Positions 10,031-20,842 of a stretch of DNA of 64,000 nucleotides are shown here, in pieces. The position numbers and the translations under genes are program-made. Every line of letters begins with the position of its first letter. Positions within the stretch are counted from its first letter, which is position 1. The notes below the pieces were generated by a model. The model saw only the letters and a program-made list of their open reading frames with translations. It ran no database searches and was not told the origin of the DNA. Source of the stretch: Armatimonadota bacterium (GTDB lineage Bacteria; Armatimonadota; HRBIN16); NCBI GenBank assembly GCA_963677485.1, contig OY781964.1, positions 3,168,001 through 3,232,000 on the forward strand. The letters are read 5' to 3'.

Positions 10031-12450
10031 CTATCTAGAGCTGGTACCCTCAAAGACGGTGACGCTGTGTTTTGGGAAACGATATTTGAATTCGCCGTTT
10101 TTGATATTTATCTGGTTATATACCGGCACGACTTGCCTGGGTTGTGCCAGGTTGTTCAGTGCTTCTACACTCTCTGATGCGATGGTCGTGATTTTAAGGT
10201 TACTGATACCTGTCAGTCCTCTTACAGTGGCCATCTCATCCGCCTTGTCGCTTCGATTGACTACCTTCAGCACAATACGCCCCTTGGCACTATCCGCAGT
10301 GGCCACCACTGAGAGTACGCCATACCGTCTACCGTTCTCCTCAAAGGCACTGCACTCGAAGTCCGATTTGACAAGCTCCGGTGCATACGCCTTTCGGAAA
10401 CTCTGGCACACCCAGTATAGCGGTGATACGAAATTGCTCTGCTTATCGAAGTTTATCAAGGCGTTATTCCACGCGGATGCATCCACGTTCCGCAGCCATA
10501 AAGCGGGGCACGCCAGCGCAACCTGTTCACCCGCCAGTTCGCTATTCACTAACATCGAAGCACCAGAGAGCGCACCCGCCATATCCACGTTGCCGTTGTT
10601 CCACTCGGTGATGGCCAGCCGTACCTTAGGGTGACCATTCTGGCGCAATTCCTGTAGCGACGTCAGCAACCCGGAAACATAGTCGTCAGCATATGCCATC
10701 TGCTGCTTCCACGTTCCACCCCAATAAGTGTGACATGATAACAAGCCCAATGGTTCATCGACCGCATCAGCTACTTTGCGGTTCCAATCAACAGTCAGTC
10801 CAGCCGATCCGCATGTTAATAACTGCAGGTCCGGGTACTTGGCATGGATCGCCTTTTTGAAGGCATTAACAGCCTCGGAGTATTTCGCGTCACCCATTGG
10901 CCAGGTTTCATTGCCAATCTCCCAGTATTTCACCTTGTATGGTTTAGGGTGCCCATTTGTTGCCCGCCGTTTGCCATATGGACTGGTGATCGGCCCGTTG
11001 CAATACTCAATCCAGTCGAGGGCTTCTTTAATGTAAAGGCTTTGGCTTTGCGGGGGATCATGATGACCGATGTTCAGGCACAGCAACGGCTCGGAGCCTA
11101 ACGCCTGACAAAGCTGCATCAACTCATCGGTGCCGAATCCGTTGGGATCCAGGCCACCCCACATATAGTTTGGTTTGGTCACACGCTGATGCTGAGGGCC
11201 AATTCCGTCTTTCCAGCGATAATATTCGGCGAAACATCCGCCTGGCCAGCGTATAAATGATGGCTGTAAGGCCTTGATGCGTTCGTAGAGGTCGGCTCTG
11301 ACCGGTAGTCCCTTGGCCGCATCCATGGGCATCAGTCTCACCTGGTCAATCCAGCATCGGCTGTTGCCGGATATTTTGATGATAAATCTCGCATCTCCGC
11401 TCTGTTTTGCCACCAGTGTGATGGGGTACTGAGTCCATTTTGGGCCGAGTATCGGCAGCCGCTGCACGCTGCTGCCGCCGCCACAGGTTAACAGAACCTG
11501 CACACTCATACCCGGCAGCGACTTCAACCACACCGAGCCGCTGTATTTCTGGCCCTGTTTTACATTCACTGGCTGTGATATGCTGACCCAGCTACTTTAC
11601 AGGTATCAACCTCACAACTCCGGCTGCCGTTCAGCTTTTCGGAGCTCAAGCCGACATAACTCACATCTACACTTTTAGCGATGCTCCAGACAGATGAAAG
11701 ACCGACTGTGCGTGTGGTCTTCAGGTCCGGAGCCATCATCAGCCGGCCATCAGGAGCCGTCACACGCAGATTTCGTGTCTTGACCCGCGTGGCAAAGACA
11801 CCTATCCCAACCTTACCCGCGGTGTGAGTGGAATTCTGCATCTGCCCAGCTTGAACTCCATCAAGGTAGAAGCTAAATTGGCTTCCGCGGCAGGATATCT
11901 TCACCTTATACCACTGGCCTGTGGCCACCGTCTTGCCGACGCTATCAAACTCCTTCACAACCTGCTTCACGCCTTTATCGTTGCACTCAACGGCACTTCT
12001 CAGGTTGCCCCACCCGCCGATATTCCACCAGTAGAAGTTGTCACGATTTGTGTATGTGAAGGGGATGAGGATGCCCTCAGCACCGCCCTCTTTTTGAAAC
12101 TCGAAGGTGTAGTCATAGTCCTGCCAACCCGCATCGCCAAACACAGAGATGCCGGGGGTATCACTGGTTTCGTTGCTCAATACGCCATCCGCCGCCACCC
12201 AGCTTCCGATGACAGAATCGATATCTGCGTTCACTTGTCCTCGAGGCATCATCTCAAAGCTGCGATCCTGCACCATTTCGGCCCATAGACCACCCACGAC
12301 TGAGCTGTAGATATGCTCAAGAAACTGCCCATAGAGCATCGGCGACAATTTACCTATCTGTTCGTCAGGATAGACCGTGATTTTCGCGCAATGACCCTTC
12401 ACACTGAATATGAGAATCATGACAATGCTCAATGCGGACGCGAACCATAT
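10031..12450 (-). pseudogene. GH51 alpha-L-arabinofuranosidase with DUF1080-like insert, split by a frameshift near 11570-11600
   Basis: ORF 11566-12549 has the signal peptide and GH51 start LSPMLYGQFLEH. ORF 10031-11569 has RWPGGC, GIGP, WEIGNE, TEWN. The downstream frame continues upstream as SISQPVNVKQGQKY. Confidence 0.7.
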
Positions 12451-12659
12451 AGTGGCCATCTTCACCCTCTTGATGTTGAATTCGCTGAATACCAGCTTCA
12501 TTTTACAGGGCAATATCACTAATATGGTTGCTTCCATACGGGCAACCAACAGCTACAAATATCGATGGGTTGATCGGCCAATCTGGTTCGGGCAGATGCA
12601 TAAAAAGGGGTGAAGCCACTGATGATGCAGGTTCGGCGAGGGGTGGGACGCGAAGCAGA

Positions 12660-12692
12660 TGACCGGCGCGGAGGCTTGCCCCGCGCCGGTCA
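12660..12692 (-). terminator. GC-rich hairpin after the GH36 gene
   Basis: tgaccggcgcgg-aggcttgcc-ccgcgccggtca. Confidence 0.5.
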
Positions 12693-12704
12693 GTGATTGT
12701 TTGG

Positions 12705-15230
12705 TTACATCCGCTTGATGCTGTACCAGGCGGTGCCGGGCATCTGCTTGATGTTCACAGGCAGACCTACGCCCATTAACACCTTGCCAGACTTGCGGAT
12801 CACGCGCCCTGTATCCACATTGCGGACAGCATATTGTGCCTCAGGCTCAAGCCCTTGGAGCTGCATGTTTGCGCTGATGTATGGTGACTGGCTGCGGCGG
12901 AATATCTGCACCAGGCCAGTGCCCTTCTCCGGGCTGTAGAATTGCCAGCCCATCCAGTCGCCCGAAGACAGCGAGTAGTTGGTGAGAGGGTAGTAGTCGC
13001 CCAGCATCTCACCGGCGACTTCACGCCACTGAGCCAACAGCTTGGCGATCATCTTCTTGTCGGTCTGCTCACTGCGGATGTCCCAGCAGCCAATGATATT
13101 CAAGGTCATCATACTGCGGATGCTGTAAGCGTCAGGTGATTTGGTACCTGTACCGAAGTATGGCAGCCACAGAGCCAGTCCGTATGTGTGCGCCTGCTGG
13201 GAGTTTGGCTCGAATAGGAAGTCGCTGCGAAGCAGTGGGACGGCCCGCCGCATCGTCTCCAGGTCATTTCGGTGACCACCCGAGGCGCATGAATCGATCC
13301 ACATCTTGGGATTGCGTCGGCGGAGCTCATCCCAATAAGCCAGGTAGCCTGTGACGTAGTGGTTCTCGGTGATGCCTTGCCGGTCGGCTGCGTCGTTACC
13401 ACGCCAGAAGCCCAGCGGCCCCACGTTGTAGTCCTGCCGGTAGAGGTCGATGCCCTCGCTCTTGATCAATCCGTCAATGTGGTTGGTCAGCCAGTTCCAG
13501 GCCTCTGGATTGCCCAGGTTGAACAACTGCGTCTGGGATTTAGACGGATGGCCATCGGTGGTTGGGTTAGGTGTGAGAAGCCACTCAGGATGATTGTCGG
13601 TCAGCCATGTGTCTTGATAAACACGCTCTGGTTCAAACCAGACGATGATCTTGACGCCTTTGGGGTGCGCATAGTCACTCACGGCGCGAAGTCCGTTGGG
13701 GAAGCGCTTCTTGTCGACCTCCCAGGTGCCTGTCTTGGGCCAGTTGCCATCGCAGGGATACCAGCCGGCGTCCATCCACCAGTAATCGGGCTTCATGCCA
13801 GCCTTGATGTAGCCGTCGATGAACAGCTTCTGGCTGGCCTCATCGGCTTGGGTCATCTCCGCAAATTGGTGGGAGCTGCAGGGCGTGAACTGCGGTGTGG
13901 GCAGCTTGCCTTCCACACGCGGCAGGTTGTGATCCAGCATCCAGCGGCGCCACAGGTTCTGCGAACGCAGCCATTCGCCGCGGTAGAACAGCATGGCGAT
14001 GAGTGGTGTGCGCACCGATTCGCCCGGCTGCAGCTTCAGGTGCGTGAGCTGTTGACCAGCGGTGATCTGCACCGCTCCGTCCTCACCACGCGTGAAGTCA
14101 GCTTGCCACTGACCAGGCCATCCGATGGCGAGTATGACGCCCCCTGATGAACTGTTGAGGTTGTAATACGGCCAAGCGGCGGCACAGGGACGGCCATCGG
14201 TCGGGGCATAGGTCTGTTTTGTACCCTTGGCCAGCGGGTTGACGATGGGCTGGAAGTCGGTGGCCTGCACCGTGGTGCCAGGTGTGCTGTGGACGGAGAC
14301 GGGAGCTGCTCCAAACCCACCCACAGGCAGGTTGATCGCCTGAATGTTTTCCAGGATGCCCGTGTCGCTGCTTCCGTCGTTGCGGAATTTGATCACCCAC
14401 TCAATGGCTGGGTAGTCAGTGTAACTGATACCCTCACACAGCACCCTCAAGCCGCTGTTCGGGTCAGCATACTCCACCGTGTGCTGGGTGCGCTGGCTGT
14501 CCAGCTTTTTGGTGCCACGTTTGGCCGGCCAAACCGCCAGAAGCTCCGATGAAGGCTTACCATTATATATAAAGGAGAACGGCGGTTCCGTGGTCATAAT
14601 CTGCTGCTGGTCATCCATTGGGATTTCGCCCAGCCAGATGGTCTGACCATCGGCCATCACGACCTTCGCGTCCGCCCAGTCGGCCTGGTCGCACGCGATG
14701 CCATCGCCACCGTCATCTACATCAAGGACGAAATCTGTAGCACCGTTCAGAGCAACACTCACAGGCAGGCCAGGCATACCTTCGCGCATGAGCGGGGACG
14801 AGTAGAGCTGCTTCTCTCCCACCGAGACGACGAAGTGGACAGAGCCTTTCACCGGCAGGGTCTGCTCGTTGCTGTCCACACCTACCACTGCGTTGAATGA
14901 TTTGGCGGGCTTGCCGAGGTATATAATCACCCTGCTGACGGCATGGCAGTATAGTCCTTTGGTGTATTTCACACCGCTCAGGTTCAGTGGCTTCCCGTGA
15001 CGACCGTTGAGCTGCACCGGGTCATTGTTTCGGATGACCTGGATGTGGGGCTGCACAGTTTTGACCGGCATCTGGCCCATCAACTTGGTCTGCGCCCATG
15101 TTTGTGCGATGTCCTGCTCTGCAGCAGTGGGCCGAATCCCTGGCTGTGCACTGGCCTGTTTTGGGATCATGCTCAGCAGCAATGGTAAGGCGAAGCATAC
15201 GATAAGCGTCTTCATTAGGATTAGTTCCAT
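12705..15230 (-). CDS. GH36 alpha-galactosidase with N-terminal NPCBM/NEW2 domain
   Basis: NPCBM: KGLYCHA..DGIACDQADWADA. GH36: WMDAGW, RFPNGL, WFEPE, RQDYN, DSCASGG. Confidence 0.88.
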   Translation of the reverse strand: MELILMKTLIVCFALPLLLSMIPKQASAQPGIRPTAAEQDIAQTWAQTKLMGQMPVKTVQPHIQVIRNNDPVQLNGRHGKPLNLSGVKYTKGLYCHAVSRVIIYLGKPAKSFNAVVGVDSNEQTLPVKGSVHFVVSVGEKQLYSSPLMREGMPGLPVSVALNGATDFVLDVDDGGDGIACDQADWADAKVVMADGQTIWLGEIPMDDQQQIMTTEPPFSFIYNGKPSSELLAVWPAKRGTKKLDSQRTQHTVEYADPNSGLRVLCEGISYTDYPAIEWVIKFRNDGSSDTGILENIQAINLPVGGFGAAPVSVHSTPGTTVQATDFQPIVNPLAKGTKQTYAPTDGRPCAAAWPYYNLNSSSGGVILAIGWPGQWQADFTRGEDGAVQITAGQQLTHLKLQPGESVRTPLIAMLFYRGEWLRSQNLWRRWMLDHNLPRVEGKLPTPQFTPCSSHQFAEMTQADEASQKLFIDGYIKAGMKPDYWWMDAGWYPCDGNWPKTGTWEVDKKRFPNGLRAVSDYAHPKGVKIIVWFEPERVYQDTWLTDNHPEWLLTPNPTTDGHPSKSQTQLFNLGNPEAWNWLTNHIDGLIKSEGIDLYRQDYNVGPLGFWRGNDAADRQGITENHYVTGYLAYWDELRRRNPKMWIDSCASGGHRNDLETMRRAVPLLRSDFLFEPNSQQAHTYGLALWLPYFGTGTKSPDAYSIRSMMTLNIIGCWDIRSEQTDKKMIAKLLAQWREVAGEMLGDYYPLTNYSLSSGDWMGWQFYSPEKGTGLVQIFRRSQSPYISANMQLQGLEPEAQYAVRNVDTGRVIRKSGKVLMGVGLPVNIKQMPGTAWYSIKRM

Positions 15231-15359
15231 GTTGTCTCCCCCTGTATCGGGTTTTATTACAAGCATTGTAGCACTAACAGACACCTATTGCGAACCGCGC
15301 GGAGGGAAAGGAAACATGAGAGCAGGGGACATCACGCGAAGACGCGAAGGCGCGAAGGG

Positions 15360-15631
15360 CCCGTAGCGGGACGGAGTCGCCGATGGGCCACGGAACCCAT
15401 CGCCAAATGCCGGTAGTGTTGATCGAAGCCACCAGCCACGCTGCCGCGGGTTTAGTCACCCCACGGGACTGGCGTCCCTTAACGGTGTTCCCTCACCGCG
15501 CGTCTAGGCATCTGCAGCCCGCAAGCGGCGCAGGGTATTCTCCCCCGGCGCCCGCAGGAGCGAAGCGACGCGGGCAGCCATATGATCAGCGACGGGTGAT
15601 GGAGCCCCTTGGGGCGATGGAACCCGTCGAC
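15360..15631 (+). repeat. Modular intergenic repeat family X, copy A
   Basis: Shares ctgccgcgggtttagtcacccc and a 37-bp identical block (15594-15630) with 19332-19474 and with reverse-complement 27315-27560. Confidence 0.85.
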
Positions 15632-15772
15632 ACGGAGCTGATCGCCCAAATCGAAGCAGCAAGCCCTACGCTGCCGAAGGTTCCTGCACCGCTCGGTTGA
15701 TCAGTCATTTCTCCCGCAAATCTCCATATAAAGGGGGTTTTGAAGCCCCAATATACCCAAAAATAAGATGCC

Positions 15773-15844
15773 ATTAAAGGCGGATTGAACTGCGATTAAG
15801 CTGCGATCAAACTCGGCTAACAGCGCACGGACCCCCCTGTCTAA
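15773..15844 (+). promoter_or_regulatory. Four 11-bp tandem direct repeats abutting an ECF-like promoter
   Basis: ATTAAAGGCGG/ATTGAACTGCG/ATTAAGCTGCG/ATCAAACTCGG, then AAC-N16-TGTCTAA. Confidence 0.45.
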
Positions 15845-15907
15845 GATATTAGAAGCAAACAAAAAGAGTAGCTTCAGCGATACCCTACTCTAAAGGAGAG
15901 AACCAAA

Positions 15908-16780
15908 ATGAAAAACACGAATTTCGCTACCGCGGTGGGAATGACCACTCTTCTCTGTGCCGGAATCACCGTATCTGGCTATGCCCAGCAGGGTACAGGC
16001 GGCGCCGGCGGAGCTGGCGGACGCGGTCATGGTGGCCAGCAAATACCTGGCGGTATCGGTGCTCCAGCAGCTGCGATACTCAAAGCCGGACCAGAAGGAG
16101 TCTTCTCGCTTCGAGGCGGCAGCCTGGTCAAGCTCGACCCGGAGAGCCTGAAGCAAATCAAGTCTGTTGTGTTGGTAGAGACTGCTGGTAATCGTGAAGA
16201 CCGTATGGGTAACGGACCACGGTATAATCGCCCTGAGCCCGCCACCATCAGCTTCAGCAAGGGCAAAGTGCTGGTGGTGATTGGCGGCCAGTTCTTCAGC
16301 GTCGATGCGAACTCTATGAAGCTGATCGCTAAGGCAGGTTTCCAGGCACCCAAGCGCAAGATGCATAATGGTCAGCCAGGCATGGGCCCGCAGGGTCGCC
16401 CAGGTGGACCGCAGGATGACCAGCAGATGAACGGCCGTCGCGGCCCTGGTGGACCGCAGGATGATCAGCAGATGAACGGTCGCCGTGGCCCAGGCGGTCC
16501 TGAAGGCGAACAGATGAATGGCCGTCGCGGCCAGGGTGGACCGCAGGATGATCAGCAGATGAACGGCCGCCGCGGTCCTGGTGGACCTCAGGACGATCAG
16601 CAGATGAACGGTCGGCGTGGCCCTGGTGGACCGCAATGCCAGATGGCACCTGCTCCAGCAACGATTGAGGTTCAGGGACAGATTGCCTACATCACGGCTG
16701 GCCCACAGGCCATAGCTGTAGATATCAATAGCGGAAAGGTGCTGAGCACCAGTGAGCTCCCAGAGCCTGAAGATAGGTAA
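15908..16780 (+). CDS. Secreted protein with three beta-propeller-like blades and a Gly/Pro/Gln repeat insert
   Basis: AAGGAG RBS, signal peptide; five PGGPQDDQQMNGRRG-type repeats (16400-16621); paralogue of 41327-42052. Confidence 0.75.
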   Translation: MKNTNFATAVGMTTLLCAGITVSGYAQQGTGGAGGAGGRGHGGQQIPGGIGAPAAAILKAGPEGVFSLRGGSLVKLDPESLKQIKSVVLVETAGNREDRMGNGPRYNRPEPATISFSKGKVLVVIGGQFFSVDANSMKLIAKAGFQAPKRKMHNGQPGMGPQGRPGGPQDDQQMNGRRGPGGPQDDQQMNGRRGPGGPEGEQMNGRRGQGGPQDDQQMNGRRGPGGPQDDQQMNGRRGPGGPQCQMAPAPATIEVQGQIAYITAGPQAIAVDINSGKVLSTSELPEPEDR

Positions 16781-16791
16781 CCCCGCATATA

Positions 16792-16824
16792 CAGGGGCAG
16801 ACGGAATCCCGTCTGCCCCTTTTT
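16792..16824 (+). terminator. Rho-independent terminator
   Basis: aggggcagacgg-aatc-ccgtctgcccct followed by a T-tract. Confidence 0.8.
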
Positions 16825-16964
16825 CGTGTTGGGTCGCGTCTTGTTCGCTGCATCGAGTTACGCTTGACGATTCCTCTTACCCCAGCACCACCGCAGTTTC
16901 TACATGTAGATGCTATACTACTCTCAGATACGAATTCACGAAACCAGCAAGGAGTACTCACACT

Positions 16965-18200
16965 ATGTTCATCCTGGCAGCGGCCGTGGCCGCAGCAGCC
17001 ATCGCTAGTCACCCCTTCCCCGGAGCACCAAAGGTTGACCTCTATATACTCGCAGGCCAAAGTAACATGCAGGGATCGGGTAGGGTAACTCAACACCCGA
17101 AACCGGACGCCCGCTTGACGATGTTCAACATGGACAACACCTGGATGCCTTGTGTGCCCCCTGATCACCGCGTGTGGGAAGGCGCATTACCGGCCTATAA
17201 ACTGATCAGCATTAAGAAGAATCCCGGTGTGGACGAGGCCAGATACGCGCAGATGGGTACCGACAGCCGCAAGAGCCCCATCGGCGGCGTCGGCCCTGGC
17301 TATTTCTTCGGCCTGAAGCTGGCCCAAGTGCTGAACAAGCCGATCGGCCTCATTCCGTGCAGCTACGGTGGTACCACTATGGACGATTGGGACCCTGCTA
17401 GCATGGCCACCGAGGGTGATGGCAGCCTCTACGGAGCTATGATCACCCGAAGCAAAATGGTGGGGCTGAGTAACATCAAGGGCATCGTGTGGTACCAAGG
17501 CGAGAGCGACGCCTTTGGTCAGAAGGAAGCAGATGCATACCTGGCGAAGTTCAAGGTATTCGTGAACCGCGTCCGTCAGGACGTGGGGAACCCCAACTTG
17601 CCGGTGTTCATGGTCCAGATAGGACGGGTCTTTACCTACCAGACCAACCCCTCCGCCATCGTACCCTGGGACCAGGTGAGGGAACTTCAGCGACAGATGA
17701 TGACTGCCCTGCCCAATGTCTATATGGTAGCCGCCAGTGACTGTCATATGGATGATGTGATCCATCTGGACTGGGCCGGACAGCAGCGTTTAGGCAATCG
17801 CCTGGCGGAGTTGGCTTTGAACCATGTCTACCTGAAGCCAAACACGGGTGTGGGCATAGATCTATACCAGGTGACGCCGGTATTCATCAATAACATGCCG
17901 TGCATACGGGTGAGCTTTCGAAATGTGGTGGGCAAGTTGACTGCGGAAGGGCTCTGCACTGGGTTCAGCCTGCTTGATCCCAGCGGGCAGGTGCCCAGTG
18001 CTATGATCCTCGACGCCACTGTGGCCGCCGACGGACGATCGGTGGTATTGAAACTGACCAACCCGATTCAAAAGCCCGAGATGCTTTACTACGGGCAAGG
18101 GGTGTATAACCACATCAACCTGGTGGATAGCCGCGATATGCCTGTGCCTTGCTTTGGGCCAGTGCCTGTGAAACCCGACGATTTCAAAGCCGAGAAGTAG
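16965..18200 (+). CDS. Sialate O-acetylesterase / CE6-like SGNH esterase
   Basis: AGQSNM, WYQGESD, DxxH (DVIH); AAGGAG RBS before ATG 16965. Confidence 0.88.
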   Translation: MFILAAAVAAAAIASHPFPGAPKVDLYILAGQSNMQGSGRVTQHPKPDARLTMFNMDNTWMPCVPPDHRVWEGALPAYKLISIKKNPGVDEARYAQMGTDSRKSPIGGVGPGYFFGLKLAQVLNKPIGLIPCSYGGTTMDDWDPASMATEGDGSLYGAMITRSKMVGLSNIKGIVWYQGESDAFGQKEADAYLAKFKVFVNRVRQDVGNPNLPVFMVQIGRVFTYQTNPSAIVPWDQVRELQRQMMTALPNVYMVAASDCHMDDVIHLDWAGQQRLGNRLAELALNHVYLKPNTGVGIDLYQVTPVFINNMPCIRVSFRNVVGKLTAEGLCTGFSLLDPSGQVPSAMILDATVAADGRSVVLKLTNPIQKPEMLYYGQGVYNHINLVDSRDMPVPCFGPVPVKPDDFKAEK

Positions 18201-18225
18201 GGACCTCACGTGCGATCGGAACGAG

Positions 18226-18253
18226 AGGGGCGTTCGGCGGACGCCCCTTTTTT
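18226..18253 (+). terminator. Rho-independent terminator between convergent genes
   Basis: aggggcgttc-ggc-ggacgcccc followed by a T-tract. Confidence 0.75.
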
Positions 18254-18265
18254 GCTGGTTGCCTG

Positions 18266-19144
18266 TTAGCTCTTCGTGATCTCGAAATAGTGATCCATGA
18301 ACCGGCGTGCATTGACAGATTTCGCCACTTTATGGCGTCCCTCGGCCTTTTCGGCGAAGTACGTCACACCGTCAATCGGATCGATGGTGACATCGCCGCT
18401 GACCAGCTCGCAAAGCGAGGGCTCAAACAACAGTGCCGCGGTGAGTGGGTCGTGGAACACCACGTGGTTGGCATTTTGCAGCCACACCGAGGCCATGTCG
18501 GCCACAGGTGCCAGGATGCCACCCTGGATGCTTTGACGCGCCTCATCGCCGGTGATCATGCACTGCATGGTCACATCCAACCCGATGGAGATGCTCTCTT
18601 TAACATCAGCACGGTAAACCACATCGGTGGCGATGTGGTCAACCACCGCATTACACTCACGACGGCGTGGGGTCTGGCCATCGAAAAAGCTACCGCACAT
18701 CAGCACCAGTCTTTTCAACAAACCAGGGATGTCTGGGTAGAGCGCAAACAGCACTCCAATGTTGGTCAGCGGTCCGATGGTGAGCAGCGTGATCTCGCCC
18801 GGGCGGCTCCGGATGGTGTCCCGCAGATATGGGATCGCACTGTTCTCCGCATACTCCAACCTGTGACTCCACTTTTCCAATGCGGTTGCTTGAGGCACTA
18901 TCGACTGCAACTGGGGACCGATGAAGGGCATCGGCGCACCTGGGAAGATGGGCATATCGTCACGGCCCACGCGCCGGCAGATACTGCTGGCCAGCTTCGC
19001 CCGGGCGATGGTGTCACCGCACTCCGTGGTTATGCCCAGCAGATCGCACTTGGGCTGCTTGAGTAGATACGATAGACAGAGCGCGTCGTCGATGTCTGTA
19101 CCTATATCGGTATCTAGAATGACGGGGATTTTGTCGGAATTCAT
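18266..19144 (-). CDS. Inosine/uridine-preferring nucleoside hydrolase family
   Basis: DTDIGTDIDD, IGPLTN, GLDVT, FHDPL. Confidence 0.93.
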   Translation of the reverse strand: MNSDKIPVILDTDIGTDIDDALCLSYLLKQPKCDLLGITTECGDTIARAKLASSICRRVGRDDMPIFPGAPMPFIGPQLQSIVPQATALEKWSHRLEYAENSAIPYLRDTIRSRPGEITLLTIGPLTNIGVLFALYPDIPGLLKRLVLMCGSFFDGQTPRRRECNAVVDHIATDVVYRADVKESISIGLDVTMQCMITGDEARQSIQGGILAPVADMASVWLQNANHVVFHDPLTAALLFEPSLCELVSGDVTIDPIDGVTYFAEKAEGRHKVAKSVNARRFMDHYFEITKS

Positions 19145-19331
19145 GAGGGCCTCCATGATTGATTTGTTATATGATGCGGCAATTCTTGAAAATATACCAG
19201 TAGGTTATTACATGGAGTGATCTGTGAATAACAGGAATAGGTCGACTGCACGCTCATAGACCATAAATAGTTCAATTTAAACATGTTGTATCCACTGAGC
19301 CGAACCCTTCGCACCAGGTCTGATCGCCCAC

Positions 19332-19474
19332 ATCGAAGCCGGTTAGCCACGCTGCCGCGGGTTTTGTCACCCCATGGGACTGCGTCCCGTGATGGGGTTC
19401 CCTCAGCGCGGTGTAGGGGCGAACGGCGTTCGCCCTGGGTGATGGAGCCCCTTGGGGCGATGGAACCCGTCGAC
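19332..19474 (+). repeat. Modular repeat family X, copy B, with a GTAG-REP (19413-19435) in place of the central module
   Basis: Direct comparison with 15421-15630. Confidence 0.8.
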
Positions 19475-19595
19475 TCGGGACGGTCAGCCCACAAAGCGGT
19501 TAGTCACGCCATGCCCGAGCCGCAAAAAACTCAGAGGCGGACCGGTCTGATACGACCGATCCGTCAAATGCGGTCTCTTCGCTGTTGTTGGCTAT

Positions 19596-20540
19596 CTAGT
19601 CAAACAACGCTGTGCTGAGGTAACGCTCAGCGGCATCGGGCAGGATGGCCACGATCTTCTTTCCTGCGAATTCGGGCAATCTGGCCAACCGGTCGGCGGC
19701 CGCCATCGCGGCACCGCAAGAGATGCCGGTGAGAATGCCATCCTCTTTGGCCAGGCGTTGAGCATACGTGAATGCATCCGCACTATTCACAAGCTCCACA
19801 CGGTCAAGCACGCTCATATCCAAGGTCGTGGGTATGAAACCTGCGCCGATTCCCTGTATCTTGTGCGGTCCTGGTTGGATGGGGGCACCTGCCAGGGTCT
19901 GCGTGATCACCGGGCTTTCCTCGGGCTCCACCGCGACCGCTATGAGGTTTGGATTTTTGGTCTTCAGATAGCGAGCGGTACCTGTGATGGTGCCTCCCGT
20001 GCCTACGGCTGAGATAAAAACATCCACATCTCCTCCGGTCTGCTCCCAGATCTCGGGTCCGGTGGTCTTGAAGTGGATTTCCGGGTTCGCCGGGTTCTCG
20101 AACTGCTGCGGCATGTAATAGCGGTCAGGGTCACTGGCCACGATCTCCTCAGCCTTGGCAATGGCGCCTTTCATACCCTTAGGGCCCTCGGTGAGAACTA
20201 GTGTCGCACCGAGATACTGCATCAATTTGCGCCGTTCGATAGACATCGTCTCCGGCATGACGATGGTGATGGGGTAGCCGCGGCTGGCGGCCACAAAGCA
20301 GAGGGCGATGCCGGTATTCCCGCTGGTGGGTTCTATGATCTCTTTACCCTCGCCCAGAAGTCTACGCTGCTCGGCATCCCACACCATGTTCGCGCCGATA
20401 CGACACTTCACGCTATATGCCGGGTTCCGACCTTCTATTTTAGCGAGCACCTGTGCGCCTGCGCCTTGTGTAATCCGATTGATTCGCACCAGCGGAGTGT
20501 TACCGATGCTCAATGAGTTGTCTTCGTACCAGTTTGACAT
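19596..20540 (-). CDS. cysK: Cysteine synthase A
   Basis: [16 protein letters not shown] (PLP Lys), [26 protein letters not shown]. Confidence 0.97.
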   Translation of the reverse strand: MSNWYEDNSLSIGNTPLVRINRITQGAGAQVLAKIEGRNPAYSVKCRIGANMVWDAEQRRLLGEGKEIIEPTSGNTGIALCFVAASRGYPITIVMPETMSIERRKLMQYLGATLVLTEGPKGMKGAIAKAEEIVASDPDRYYMPQQFENPANPEIHFKTTGPEIWEQTGGDVDVFISAVGTGGTITGTARYLKTKNPNLIAVAVEPEESPVITQTLAGAPIQPGPHKIQGIGAGFIPTTLDMSVLDRVELVNSADAFTYAQRLAKEDGILTGISCGAAMAAADRLARLPEFAGKKIVAILPDAAERYLSTALFD

Positions 20541-20842
20541 GAGCTTTCCCTCGTTCTATTGGCATTGTGGTTCAAATTCCGTGCTTTCCGATTGGAGCAC
20601 TACATTCTTTATACCTGTTTATTTCGGGTTTGTCACTAGTTATCTACACTATTCCGCCCGATTTACTATAGAATTTATACTATTTAAGGCGAATTACCGG
20701 AAAAGTGGGCTGCCGGCTGTTACCGGCTGATGATGGGCTCTGCATCTGGACAGCGACCGACCGGATGCGCGGTGATAGAATCCTATTACCAATAGACAAA
20801 AAACCGTGCCTCCAGCGTCTTAGTTAGTGGAGACCAAAACCA

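Noticed and set aside
16752-16964. N-terminal extensions from the ORF track (also 27138-27281, 29343-29540, 21700-21753)
   Set aside because: They cross terminators, repeats or upstream genes; downstream ATGs have an RBS and a signal or TM segment.
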